Below, piece after piece: positions 23,375-38,500 of a stretch of 64,000 nt of DNA. The stretch's first letter is position 1. Each line of letters opens with the position of its first letter. A program made the translations under genes and the position numbers. Origin of the DNA: Octopus vulgaris (taxonomy: Eukaryota); NCBI GenBank assembly GCA_951406725.2, contig OX597824.1:8060001-8124000 (forward strand). The letters are read 5' to 3'. Below the pieces are notes generated by a model. It was not told the origin of the DNA. It saw only the letters and a list, made by a program, of their open reading frames with translations, and searched no databases.

Positions 23375-26300
23375 ACACACACACACATATAAACATATAT
23401 ATACAACATGCTTATTTCTGTTTCTGTCTACCAAATCCACTCACAAGGCTTTGGTTGGCCCGAGGCTATAGTAGAAGACATTTGTCCAACATGTCACACA
23501 GTAGGACTGAACCCAGAACCATGTGGTTGGTAAGCAATCTACTTACCACACAGCCACCCTTGCAGAAATAATTTTTAATTTTTGTTTAAACTTCTATTTT
23601 AATTTCGTTTCTGTTTTCTTCTTTCCCCAGTTATATCTTGAACTGAAAAAAAATAAAGATCTAGGAATCCTGTTTAAGAAACAAGTACAACGCCGAGAAG
23701 GAATTTGTACCCATGGCGGTCGCACCACAGCCTCCAGTGCAGGGACCACCCACTCCGTACGCACAGCAGAACAAGTTGCCTTCTCTGAATGGATCAACTC
23801 GTAAGTTTTCTTCCTTTCTTTCTTTCTTTGGGTCTTTTATTTAAACGTTGCTCAAGGAATCGGATCTGCAGGGTCCTTAGAATGCTGCATGGAATCTTTT
23901 TTTTTTAATCTTTTACTTGTTCCATTCAGAGGACTGTGGTCATACTGGAGCACTGTCTTGAAAAGCTCAGTCGAACGAATCTACGTCAGTACTTTTTGTT
24001 TTTTGTGCGTTTGTGTGTTTTTTTTTGTTTGTGTTTTTTTCCCCCCAAAGTCCGGTGCTAAGCAGTTCTTTTGACAGACTACTATGTTACTGGGATGTAA
24101 ACAAACCAACACCAGTTGTCATGTGGTGGGGGAACAAACAGAAGCACAAAGACATACACACACATGCTCACATACACACACACACACACACATACATACA
24201 TGCATATATATATATACACACATACAGTTGGCTTCCATCTAGTTTCCTTCTTCCAAATTCACTTACCTGTCATTGGTCAGCCAGAGGTATAATATGTTTC
24301 TTTATTAGCCACGCAGGGCTCCACACAGATGGGACAGATTACAAAGTAGTGCTTTTCTTTTTGGGGAGAGAAAAAAAATGTGGGGTAGGTTTTCAATCAA
24401 AAGGGATCGTAAAAGGGGGAAAAAAAACGATCAGTAGGGATCGTGTATCACAGAAATGTCATGATGTAAAGTGTAAAGGGGGAAGCAGATAAGGTTTATC
24501 CGTGGAAAGAAAAGCCTACGGAAAAGATCACGGTAACCTCAGTCAATAATGTCACACGTTAACACATTTGTTTACAAGTAACTCTCTGTTTTAAATTTTT
24601 CCGGGTTCATAGGATTATGCTCAAGGTGGCTTCGTCATTCATACATGCCATCCTTGCTACATTTACCCATCTTTTTTTGAAACATTCGCTAGACAAAACT
24701 TGCCTCTCTACTCTCACTTTCCTTTTCAAGTGATACTTGAAGAAGTTGATGAGAGATTGACCAGAGAGGAAAGTGTTTGTCTCCAATCCTTTCAGACACG
24801 TCCACCAGACACATTCTTTCGCCATGGGTATAATAGAAGACAATTGCAAAAGGTACCACACTGGAACAGAAACCAAAACCACATGGTTGCCATGTGGACA
24901 CCTTAATACAGACATCCCTCTCTGTGTGTGAATATATACATTAATATATCAACATTAATTAAGGCAGAGAGCTGGCAGAATCGTTAGCTCATCAAGCAAA
25001 TGCTTAGCGGCAAGTGTCTTCTGCTATAGTCTTGGGCTGACTAAAGCCTTGGGAGTATATTTGGTAGACGGAAACTGAAAGAAGCCTGTCATATATCATC
25101 ATCATCATCATCATCATTTAACGTCCGCTTTCCATGCTAGCATGGGTTGGACGATTTGACTGAGGACTGGAAAACCAGATGGCTGCACCAGGCTCCAATC
25201 CGATCTGGCAGATTTTCTATGGCTGGATGCCCTTCCTAATGCCAACCACTCCGAGAGTGTAGTGGGTGCTTTTACGTGCCACCGGCACGAGGGTCAGTCA
25301 GGAAGGGACCTAGTTGATTACATTGACCTCCAGTGCACAACTGGTACTTCTTTTATCAACCCTGAAAGGATAAAAGGCAAAATCGACGTTGGTAGGATTT
25401 GAACTCAGAGCATAAAGCTGCAAGACGTGCTGCTAAGCATTTTTTCCGCTGTGCTAACCGTTCTGCCAGCTCAGCTCCCGACCTGCAAAATAGTAACATT
25501 TAACAAAAACAAAAACAAATAAAGAAAATCCTCAAAGTAAAACCACATTGGAGAAATACTTATGTCCAATTAGTCTCTTTATGTCTTTGTTAATGAATGG
25601 AATTTCAGGCTGCGCCGGATGAAGTGGGGCAGGGGATGACGAAGGGAGTAATTGGTGTTATTATTTAATTAAGTCCTGTTGTGTGGTTATTTGTTTTTTT
25701 ATCTTTTCAGTAATTAAACTCATTATGCTAAAAAGTCCTTCCTGTTTTATTCATTTATTTATTTTCGTTCTTGTTTTTTTTAATCAGTTTTGTAAACTTA
25801 TCTGTAATAGAGATGAGTTATTTGGCCTCGTTGGCTGATAATGGAGGGAAGACGAGCTTTTTGTCCTTGCCATAAATATGCAATGTCATTTAATGAAACT
25901 GCAGATTCAGTTTCATTGGTGCTGACTTGACTGCAGTTTGCTTGCAATATTACATTACTTCTACACACATTCACATATTGATTTCAGGCATTGAGTCATG
26001 GCCATTCTGAAGCCCAGCCTTTAAGAGGTTTCTGTTAACTTTAGGAGATCTTAGTTGTGTATATATAAAAGAGAAGAAACCAACTAGTTTTAAATCTCTG
26101 AGCAAGAAATGTGCAGTTACAGTCTTGCAGAATAAGGTCTCTTGGCCACCGTAAAGTGGCCGGCCTGCTTAGGATGATGTCACCACTGTTTAGCCCCAGG
26201 AAAACATATTTTCCAGTTGGCTGCCAATACATCATCTGTGCTCACAGTATACAGACACAGATGATGTGTCGGTAGCCAACTGGAAAAGATGTTTTCCTGG

Positions 26301-26583
26301 GGCTAAACAGTGGTGACATCATCCTAAGCAGGCCGGCCACTTTACGGTGGCAAATGGACCTTATTTATTTATGCATTTTTTTATTCTTTTATTAGTTTTA
26401 GTCATTTGACTGCGGCCATGCTGGAGCACCACCTTTAGCCAAGCAAATCGACCTCAGGATTTATTCTTTGTAAGCCTAGTACTTATTCTATCAGTCTCTC
26501 TTGCCGAACCGCTAAGTGACGGGGGACATAAACACACCAGCATCGGTTGTCAAGCAATGTTGGGAGGACAAACATATACATAC

Positions 26584-26623
<40 letters not shown>

Positions 26624-26632
26624 GCACGCACG

Positions 26633-26694
<62 letters not shown>

Positions 26695-28529
26695 CATGTA
26701 TACGACAGGCTTCTTTCAGTTTCCGTCTACCAAATCCACTCACAAGGCTTTGGGCGGCCCTAGGCTATAGCAGAAGACACTTGCCCAAGGTGCCATGTAG
26801 TGGGACTGAACCCGGAACCATGTGGCTGGTAAGCAAGCTACTTACCACACAGCCTATGTTATGTATGTTACGGTATGTTACATTATGGTATGGTATGTAT
26901 TGTTATGTTACCTCTGATGTCAACAAATGGCCTCTCTCTCTCTCTCTTGGTGAGTGAAAGTCAGATTGTATGATAGTTGTGTACAAATGGCTGTGCTCCA
27001 TGGTAGAGAGACATGGGGCTTGAATGTGGAGGACTTGCATTCAAGGAGAGGATTGAAGCTAGTGTGCACCAATGGATGTGCAACATCAGTGCACATGTAT
27101 GGCAAAATGCAAATGTGTTGAGAGAAAAGTTAGACAGAAGAGAAATCCTATGTATTATGCAAGAGAGAAAACTTGAATGGTTTGGTCATGTAATGCATAT
27201 GAATGAGGACAGTTGTATGAAGAAGGGCCGATTGCTGAAAGTGGATGAAACCTGCAGAAGAGGGAGACTCAGGAAGAAATGGGGTCAAGAAGTGAGGGCT
27301 GATCTGGAGATGTTAGGCCTCATGGAGGAGATGACAACGGACCAAGATGTCAGGCAATATGATGAGGCTCTTGACAGGTCTGTGGAGCCAAAACAAAAAA
27401 ACTTTGACTCCGACTCCAATTCCGGTTCCTCTTTATGTAATCAAGTGATTGTGCTCTACATATCTCATAAAAGCAAGCATATGCATACCCTTGTACTTTG
27501 AGTAGGTCTATAGGTTATAACTGGTTTATATTAAAGAATAAAGATAGTCGGAGTCAGAGTCGGTGTAGTTTTACTGACTCCAACCCTGACTCCAACTCCA
27601 TCACTCTGATGCCTGGTTCTTGAGAAAACCCACCTACATCAGTGCATCCGAGTTCTGGGAGAGCTGTGAATTTGTGTATCATTTCTATATTCGCTCCAAC
27701 CATTTTGTCCCTCTCCCCCTACATATTATCCCCCCTTCCTCTACGGAATAGTTTAGTATCCAGAAAGCTCTCTCTTTCTCTCTCTCCCTTTCTCTCTCTC
27801 CCTTTCTCCTCTCTTTCTCTCTCTCTCTCTCTCCCTCTCTCTCTCTCTCACACTTGCTCTCCTGTTAAATGATATGACATTACTGATATGCCCCAACTTT
27901 GCAGCCTTTCCTGTCTGCTAAAAGGAAATTCAGACTTCCCCCCCTTGTGCAAATAGGTGCAGACACAGCTCTGCGGTTAAGAAGCTTACTTTGCAAACTT
28001 GCAGCCATATGGTTTCAAGTTCAATCCCACTACACAGCACCTCTTTTATAGCCTTGTGTCACCCAATACATTACGAGTGAATTTGGTTGACCGAAAGTGT
28101 GTGGAACCCAGTCGCATGCCTGTGTGTGTGTGTGTGTGTGTTTGAACATGTCCCCTCCCCACTGCTTGATGACTCATGAGGGTTCGTTTATGTTTCCTAA
28201 CTTAGCGGTTTGACAAAGAGACTGATAGAATAAGTACCAGACTTTAAAAAAAATAAGTTCTGGTGTAGATTTGTTTAGTGAAACCCTTCAAGGCTTTGCC
28301 CCAGCATGGCCACAGTTTAATGACTGAAATAAGTAAAAGATAAAAAAAAAATATATATATTTCATTCATTTCTGGGTTTTTTTTCTTTCTTTTTTTGCAG
28401 AAACCTTAGCAGGGATAAAGAATGTCAACCCTACCTGCCACTTAATCCAGAATCTGATGATCTTTATAAGAAAATGGCCGATGGCATCCTACTATGGTGA
28501 GTAGTGGTCACTTTTGGATGGAGAGATAC

Positions 28530-28577
<48 letters not shown>

Positions 28578-28928
28578 GTATATATGTATGTGTGTATGCA
28601 TAAGTATATGGCTGTGTATTTTTATATATCTGTTTGTGTGTGTATGTATGTATATATATATATATATATATTATCAGTATATGTCATCCCTCTAAAGGGC
28701 TCATATTTATATATATATATATATATTTTTATATATATACTTTTTTATTAAAGCTGCTAAAACATCATAAAAACTGCTGCTCAGTGTTTCACATTCCCGT
28801 TCGTTGTGAAACTCTGAGTACCATTTCATGTGAGGTCTTTGCAGCTTTAATAATAAAACATTACTCTACCTCCGGTATTCGTGTAGTATTTTTTCCCAAA
28901 TTGTTTCGTATTTATGTGCTTATTCGGG

Positions 28929-28981
<53 letters not shown>

Positions 28982-29073
28982 GTATATATACAATAAAAAC
29001 TTACTTGGAGAATAAGAAAACGACGCGAGGCGTTCAATCATATAATAACAATTTAATAAATAAAACATATGCA

Positions 29074-29106
<33 letters not shown>

Positions 29107-29441
29107 GTACATGCCTACATCTATTTGTATATATACATGCGTATATGAGTACAGGACACCACAAATAAACATGGAACACAACGAGAAACGAAAACATAAA
29201 AACAAACAAGGAAACAGACTTTTTTTAAAAAGGAAAAAACAGAGTACAAAACAAACAATACAAGGAACATTCCCCTTCATCAGCTGCCCCTGGTTCAACT
29301 CAATCCGTGTTTCGAAGGTAAGGGCAGAACACGATCCGGCTGAAGCAGTCCTGTGGTGTCCTGTACTCATATATGCATGTATATATACATATAGATGTAG
29401 GTATGTACATATATGTATGCATATGTTTTTATATCTATATA

Positions 29442-29478
<37 letters not shown>

Positions 29479-31813
29479 GGTTGCTAAAAAGTTCCTGGCT
29501 TTAAGGGTGTCGTGAAAAGCCTTGTTGGAGGCCCAACCTTCTGACTCCTTTTACAGGACTTAGAAAAAAAACTGAAGGACCACTGCAATAAGTGTGAATC
29601 TGAGAGGGGAAAATGTTGACTAAAATCATAATTAACTGATGATCCTGTTGTATTTTGTTTTACCCAAAACCAGGAACTTTTCAGCACCCCCCCTCCCCAT
29701 ATATCTATACATATATACGTCAATACCAACATCAAAATAAAAATCAAATGGAAATTGTAGTTAAGACACCTGTGCCGGTGACACGTAAAAAGCATCGTCC
29801 GAACGTGGAAGATGCCAGCGCCGCCTGACTGGCGTCCGTGTCGGTGACACGTAAAAGCACCAACTGATCGTGGCTGTTTGCCAGCCTCGTCTGTAAAAAA
29901 CACCCGCTACACTCACAAAGTGGTTGGCGTTAGGAAGGGCATCCAGCTGTAGAAACTCAAGACTGGAGCCTGGTGCAGCTTCCATGGCTTACCAGACCCC
30001 CGGTCGAACCATCCAACCCATGCCAGCATGGAAAACAGACTTTAAATGATGATGATATTCATCGTTTGTGTGTGTCTCTGCTCACCACTATCATCACTTG
30101 ACAAGCAGTATCTAGGATCTAAGCTGTTGCTCTCTTCTCCTGGCTGAGAAATACCATTTTTTTTTTTTTAAATAGGGGTAAAAATTGAATTGGTTGTCGT
30201 TGTTTAATGTATATTTTCCCTTTCAGTAAACTCATCAACATCACCAGTCCAGACACAATCGACGAAAGAGGAATCAACAAAGTCAATCCAAATGTCTATC
30301 GCAAACATGAGAACTTGGTGTTGGCGCTAAATTCTGCTCGGTCCATTGGTTGCAACATTGTCAACATCGGTGCGGAAGACATCAAGGATGGAACTCAGCA
30401 TCTGGTTCTTGGGTTGTTGTGGCAAGTCATCAGAGTAAGTCTTGTTTTAATATCATTCAGTTACGCTTTTGTAATTTGTCTTTTGTTTGGGAAAAGTCAA
30501 AAAGATTGACTGAGAAAGAAAACAGTGAGATCATAGGCGCAGGAGTGGCTGCATGGTAAGTAGCTTGCTAACCAACCACATGGTTCAGGGTTCAGTCCCA
30601 CTGCGTGGCACCTTGGGCAAGTGTCTTCTACTATAGCCCCGCACTGGGCTGATGTAATCTACTTAATACCTAGGTCTGTCCTTGTTTGTCCTCTCTGTGT
30701 TTAGCCCCTTGTGGGTGGTAAAGAAAAAGGTATGTTTTATATTGTTTTGATAAAACCTTGAAGCAGGTGTAATTTTTAAAATTGTGTTTTTTTTTTTTTG
30801 TTTTTTTTTAGATTGGTCTTTTGAGTGACATTGACTTGAAGCATCACCCTGGCCTGGTTCTACTTTTGGGAGAAAACGAGGAGCCTGAAGACTTACAGAA
30901 GTTGACACCCGAACAAATATTGGTGCGTTGGGTAAACTATCACCTGAGGAATGCCGGTGCCAATTTGCAGATCAATAATCTGGCTGAGGACATTAAGGTT
31001 TGTAAGAATTTTCCCTTTATTGACTCTTTAGCATTTAAACTGACCATATCTGGCCAAACTGTTCTATCAACTAGTCCCCTCCTACCAGTAGAAAGGATTA
31101 TTATTAATCTTATTATTATTATTATTATTATTATTATCATTATTATTATTATCATCATTGAGTGAGAGAGCAGTTCATGCCATCAAAGTGACACTGGGGT
31201 AAAATATACGAAGCCCAATATACCCATCATGACTACCCGTCTGATAAAGGTACACCAGGCACATGCATCACAACCATATGTGTGCGACATGGTGATCTCA
31301 TATCAAGATAAACAGCACATGACCTTGCAGGTGGGGCCCAGTTAGAATTTTCTTCAGGTTGAGTAGCCCATCCTGCTCAAAAGGTCCCTGAATAAGGGTT
31401 GCTTTAGGATGTTGAACGAAACACCTATGTTTCCAGAGGTGAACCATTCAAACTCCAAAGAATCCCTCTCAACACATGGCCATGATGCTCCCCCACTACT
31501 TCTGCTCGTGATCAGAGATGCACGTATTGTCAGCCACTAAGGGACATGCTCAACTGGTTACGGTCAAACAACTGACAAGCAAATCTGTGGTATTGAGCAG
31601 AATATTTGCTGTAGCCCATCTTTTATACCAAGACAAAACAATGTACATGATGACACTTCCAATCAGTTAAGATCAGAAGCCATGAGAGCCACTGCCTGGT
31701 ACTGCATCAGGGCATTTTATTATTATTATTATTATCATTATTATTATCATTATTATTATTATTATTATTATTAATCATTATTATTGTTATTATTATTATC
31801 ATTATTATTATTA

Positions 31814-31855
<42 letters not shown>

Positions 31856-32047
31856 TTATTATCATTATTATTATCATTATTATTATTATTATCATCATTA
31901 TTATTATTATCATTATTATTATTTATTATTCCTCCAAGGTTGACTTCGACTTTCAACCTTTCAGGGTCCAGTTACACACTGGGGTCGATGTAATCGACTT
32001 AATCCCTTCCCCCAAGCTGCCCGTGTGGCAAAAATTTGAAATGATCA

Positions 32048-32088
<41 letters not shown>

Positions 32089-32421
32089 GAGTGAGAGAGC
32101 AATGCATGCCATCAAAGTGACACTGGGGTAAAATATACGAAGCCCAGTATACCCATCATAACTACCCGTCAGATAAGGGTACACCAGGCATATGCATCAC
32201 AACCATATGTGCGTGACATGGCGATCTCATATCAAGATAAACAGCACATGACCTCGCAGGTGGGGCCCAGTTAGAATTTTCTTCAGGTCCAGTAACTCAT
32301 CCTGCTCAAAAGGTCCCTGAATAAGGGTTGTTTAAGGATGTTGAACAGACCACCCATGTTTCCAAAGGTGAATTATCCAAACCTCTAAGAATTCCATTCA
32401 ACACACGGCTATGATGCTCCC

Positions 32422-32458
<37 letters not shown>

Positions 32459-32499
32459 GTTATTGTTATTGTTATTATTATTATTATTATTAATTATTA

Positions 32500-32532
<33 letters not shown>

Positions 32533-35500
32533 TTTTTTTTATTATTATTATTTTTTTTTTTTATTATTTTTTTATTATTATTTTATTATTATTTTATTAT
32601 TATTTTTTTATTATTATTATTAATCATTATTATTATTATTATTATTAAGGTGGTGAGCTGGCAGAAATGTTAGCACATGAGGCATAAACTGCTTAGCGGC
32701 ATTTTGTCCTTCTTTGCATTCTGAGTTCAAATTCCGCCGAGGTCAACTTTGCCTTTCATCCTTTCAGGGTCAATGAAATAAGTACCAGTTACGCACTGAG
32801 GGGTGATGTCCCCTCCCCCGAAATTTCAGGCCTTGTGCCTACAGTAGAAAGTATTGCCGCCATTGTTGTTGTTATTTTAAAGTAAGAACTAACAAACACA
32901 ACCTCTTGTTTCTGTTATTCTTATTTCTTTACTACCCACAAGGGGCTACACACAGAGGGAACAAACAAGGACAGACAAAGGGATTAAGTTGATTATATCG
33001 ATCCCAGTGCGTAACTGGTGTTCAATTTATCGACCCCGGAAGGATGAAAGGCAAAGTTGACCTCAGCAGAATTTGAACTCAGAACGTAACGGCAGACGAA
33101 ATACCTATTTCTTTACTACCCACAAGGGGCTACACACACAGGGGACGAACAAGGACAGACATAGGTATTAAGTTGATTACATCGACTCCAGTGCGTAACT
33201 GGTACTTATTTAATCGCCCCCGAAAGGATGAAAGGCAAAGTCGACCTCGGCAGAAATTGAACTCAGAACGTAGCGGAAGACGAAATACAGCTATGCATTT
33301 CACCCGGCGTGCTAACGTTTCTTCCAGCTCACCGCTTTATTGTTTCTATTATTCTATTCTTTATTCAGCTTGTGGCAATGTTTCAATAGGTTTGGATGTT
33401 GTTTTAGGTCAAGGACTCGTGTTGTGGTTTTGCCTTCAAAGAAAAACAAACAAAACAACCTTTCTCTTCTCATTCCATATTAAGCTTCAATTTCCTCCTT
33501 ATTTTCACTTTGGTTTCCATGGTTTCCACATTTCGAAGGGAGAAGTTTGAGTAAAGTGTGACTTTTTTTCCTCTTCTCGTGACCAAAAAGATCTTGTTAC
33601 ACTAACACATATAAACATACTCTCAGACACACACACACACATACATATATCATCATCATCATCATTTTAACATCCTCTTTTCCAAGCTGGTATAGGTTGG
33701 ATAAAGTTTATTGAGGCTGGTTTTCAACAGCCTCATGCCCTTATTGTCATTAAACTTGATAGTTCCTTTCAAGCGTTTGGGCCTCATGGAGGCAAAGTGG
33801 CCGAGTTCATTCTGAGTGTTGGGCCTCACAGAGGCAATGGCCAAGACTTTTGGCATTATGTCTTGCTTGAGAAGAAGACCCATCAAGCCAAGCAAAATCG
33901 CAATCATGGTAGATACCAATGTATTGCAAATGGCACCTGTGCTGGTGGCACATAAAAGTACCCATTACACTCTCGGAATGGTTGGCATTAGGAAGAGCAT
34001 CCAACCATACAAAACCATTCCAAATCAGACTGGAGTCTGGTGCAGCCTTCCAGCTTACCAGCCCTGGTCAAACCGTCCAACCCATACCAACAGGGACAAC
34101 AGACGTTAAATGATGATGATGATCATCATCATCATGATGTCTCAAAAAAAAAAATAGTTTGAAATCTGAAATTCCTCAACAAAAGATAGATGAATATATA
34201 TTACTGCCTTCTGCTGTCGAGGATGATGAAAATTTCAAGTGGATTTCTCTGATTTCTGCAGTAAAAGACTTAATTATTTTTTCTTTTCCTTTTTAAATTT
34301 TTTCCAGGACTCGGAAGCTTACTCTTATTTATTGCACCAAATTGCTCCACGTGAAAATGGCGTCACCCTTGATCCTCTAAAGGTAGGTCTTTACATTACT
34401 GCCATATGCCCTAAAACCACACACACACACAAAATACAAAAACAAGGTGTTTAAAGCATAGGATCCAAGCCAGGACCGTGTGGTACAAAGGACTGGTTTA
34501 TTGCCCAAAGAACATCACTGATGGATTCAAAGAAATATTTTACCTGCTATTTTTTAAAACTAGTCATTTTGATCTTCCTCTTTTACGTGCCTCATTCATT
34601 GGGCAGGAAGGACCATTTACCTGTAAAAATCTTGCCAAAACTAACTTCACCTGTGCTGGTAGTGCCCTGTGGAAATCACTGAGTCCACTCTGCGGAGTGG
34701 TTGGTGCTAGGAAGGACATCCAGCCATCAGATCCCTGCCAAAACACACAATGGTCTAGGGTAGATTTTCTACCTGGCCAGCTCCTATCAACTGTTCTACC
34801 CATGCATGCCTGGAAGATGGCTGTTAGACAATGATATATATATATTTATAATTATCAATAATAAAGGGTGAAACTAATTAATTTAGAAATAATCATCAAT
34901 TTCACCAAGTAGAGTTCGGCATGTAAAAGCCCCATTCAAGGAATGTTTAAGTAATACTAAGTAATTAAGGGTTTAGCAACGATTTGCCTCACCACACACA
35001 GAAAGAATAGCCAAAACTCTTTTTCTAAATTCGGTGTGTGGTGAGGCAAATCGTTGCTAAACCCTTAATTACTTAGTATATATATTTATATATATAAATT
35101 AGAAAAAAACACCTTTTATCAATTAAAAATTAGATTACACCATCTAGAAAATTACATATAATAGAAATATTAAATATAAGATAAAAAATAATATACCGGT
35201 GATAGAGCAATGTGCAAAATAATAAATAGAATGTATATATGTTATTCTACCAAATATATACGTTTTATTCATTATTTTGTACATTAATTAATCATTTGTA
35301 TATTATTTTTTATCTTATATTTAATATTTCTATATGTAATTTTCTAGATGGTGTAATTTAATTTTTCATTTTGAATTGATAAAAGGTGGGGTTTTTTCTA
35401 ATTTCTATATGTATTATATTTTGTGAAATTTGATTTAGTATTTCTAAATTGAATTTTTCCCTGAAGTTTGGAATAATATTCCCTCAAATTATTATTATAT

Positions 35501-38500
35501 ATATTTATATATATATTCTGACAAAGGTAAGCAAATTGAAACTCTTAGGTCACTGCCAACCTTTCCTTTGTAAATCCTTATTGATGTCCTCTACCAAAAG
35601 TATTGAGTTGTCCTTCAGCTTAATGCAAAATTGTTTTAATATATAATTTAGCATCAATTCTATATACCTATCTATTTATATACCCACTTATCAACAGTAT
35701 CTACTCACACATATATATATATATATATACATACATACATACTAGCAGTATCACCTGGCATTGCTCAGGTTTGTTTTGACCCTTTAGAATTGGAATTTTG
35801 GGAAAGTAAAATTTTGTATTATGTAGCTTGTTATTCTCTTTAAGTGAACATTTTTCTGGTTGAAATATACCGAAAAATGGCGACACAGCAGTAAAAAAAT
35901 CGTAAAAAATAGGGATTTTCAAAGAAAAAAAGCTCCTTTTTAATGTTAATAATTTTTGGTCACTGCATGGAATTGAACTTGAAATCTTGGGGTTAGGAGC
36001 CCGCACTCTTAACCACTACGCCATATGCCCTTCAAATGTAAATAATATACATAATTCCTCGTCTCTTAAATATAGAACTGAAGAATATTTATTTGCTATG
36101 CCTCAGCTTGTGTCATGCTGAAGATTTCTGTAAAAAGGGAAGCAGGGCAGCATACGATTATCACTGACTAGAAATTTTAAGCCCTTCATAATAAGTAAGC
36201 AGCAAAACAAAAAAACCATTTAATATGTATTATCTATGCATCATTTTCCTTGTTCTTGCTACTTAATTAAAAATTATATTAATAATAATGAAATTATCGT
36301 GTATATTGCTCAGGTGCACTATAATTATCTCCCTTGTATTAAACTGTCTGCTGGGGTGGGGGACACACCCTGCGGTGGAAGCAAAACTTTCCATCAGAAT
36401 CTTGTCTTATGTTTCAAACATCAATTTAAAATTGATAAAATATTACGGAGATGTACTTGCATAGCAAGTGACTTGATCTGAGATCGAGTGCTGGAACGAA
36501 AACAATTGCAGTGTGGAAGATGTTTGTAAGCCATTTAAGAAACACACGAAAACCGTTAGATTCACCTCAACATTTAAGTTTAATTTGTCAAAATATTTTC
36601 ATCACTTTGAGACCGCGACCTGTTCACTGACAAAACTCCGTGCTGCATCTGAGAAAGTAACAGTTAGTTCATGATATACATGTACATATGTACATATGTA
36701 TGTATGTTTCTTTTTGGATTATGACTGCTGTTGCTTAGTGAGTGGGATTGACTCAGTGCACAGCCTTTCCTCACTTTTAAAAAAAATCTTCTTGCACAGG
36801 CGTTGCACAATAACAACATTGATTAAGCTTCGTGCAATGGCCATACTCGATAACGAGGGGGCAGCCACCATGTATGTATGTATGTATGTATGTATCTATG
36901 TGTGTACATACATTGATAAAATAATGTTACTGAAATGATTTGAAGCAACAGATATATAATAACAAAAGAGTTGAATCTTCAAACGATATCATTAGATATT
37001 CCTTGGATTTTATAACCAAAATAATGCTGTCCTTTGTTTGGTCTTTAGGAGAACGAACTTCTCAAAAGAGCCGAATATATGTTACAAGAAGCTGATAAGA
37101 TTGGTTGCCGCAGTTTCATTACTCCCAATGATGTTGTGAACCACAATTACAAACTCAACTTGGCCTTTGTGGCTAATCTTTTCAACACCTACCCAGCTCT
37201 GGACAAAGCACCAACCGACGTGGATTTGGAAATCTTTGATGAAACACGGGAAGAGAAAAGTAGGTTTATAACCGTTTCTTTATTTCATTGATTTTTCGCT
37301 GACAATATTTATTTCCCCCCCATTTTTAATATATTTTTGTTAGTCAAATATTCAGACTACAAGAGTTAGTCATAGTACAGACTAGTAGGGGTCAGGGCAA
37401 TAGCATAGAAAATTAATGTTAGTGGTACACAAACCACAAGTGTTAGGGTCATTCACACGTGTATGTACGTGTGTACATATATACATAGACACAAACTCAC
37501 ATCCCTACATATATAGGAAGGGTTGCTTAAAAGGACTGGCTTTGGGTAAAAGAAAATACAGAAGGATCAGTTAATTATGATATCGGTCAGTACCACCTTG
37601 ACCGATATCCAATCTACAGTGGAGAAGGCTAGCCACTGGATTTGGTTAAAAAGAGACGATGAGCGATGGCTAGAAGAATATTGAGCTTTATTTGATAACC
37701 AGCTGATCTAGCAAGCGAGGCCTCATATCAGTGTGTGTGTGTGGGGGGGGGGCTGGTGTGCATTGATGCTGTCGAGACGTAGGCCCCGAAACAACGTGCA
37801 TTCTCTCTTGATGACCCCATACACTTGCTGGCTTCCAGTGTGTGGAGTTTTTGACTGGTAGCACTTGCATGTGCAAGTCGTTTGCAAGACATATTCCCCT
37901 CTCAAATTCACACACTTATTGCTGCAGTCCTTCAGTTTTTCTGGGCTTTGTAAAATAACTCAGAAAGTTGGGCCTCCACCTAGGCTTTTCATGGTACCCT
38001 TAAAGCCAGGAACTTTTCAGCATCCCTTTGTACCCGTATATATCATCATCATTATCGTTTAATGTCCGCTTTCCATGGGTTGGACAATTTGAGATCTGGA
38101 GAACCAGCGGCTGCACCTGGCTCCAATCTGATCTGGCAGTGTTTTTACATACATACATACATGTTTGAAAGTAAGGGAGATAAATGTTGGAATATATCAA
38201 GCTGTGTAGAAAGTAAATGAAAAATCCGTTTGGATGTCATTCAAAACGATGAGGGATAAATAAAGCTTCAGATTCCATAGAGAAAAATCTGGATGCCAAA
38301 GTAGAGGAGGAGGTTCTTTCTCTCAATAACTTATTTTTCCATGTTTTTTATCCAAGCTGTGAGAAACTCAATTCCCAGCTTCCTTCCTGTACAATGTCTT
38401 GTATTCATCATTTGTTTTTCTCTTCTTCTTCTTTTCCGATTCCAGCCTATCGTAACTGGATGAACAGTGTCGGTGTCAACCCGTTTGTCTACAACCTCTA

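Noticed and set aside
31707-32648. Poly-I/N/L/Y ORFs, and HT/CV/YI-rich ORFs elsewhere
   Set aside because: Translations of (ATT)n, (CA)n and (TA)n microsatellites.
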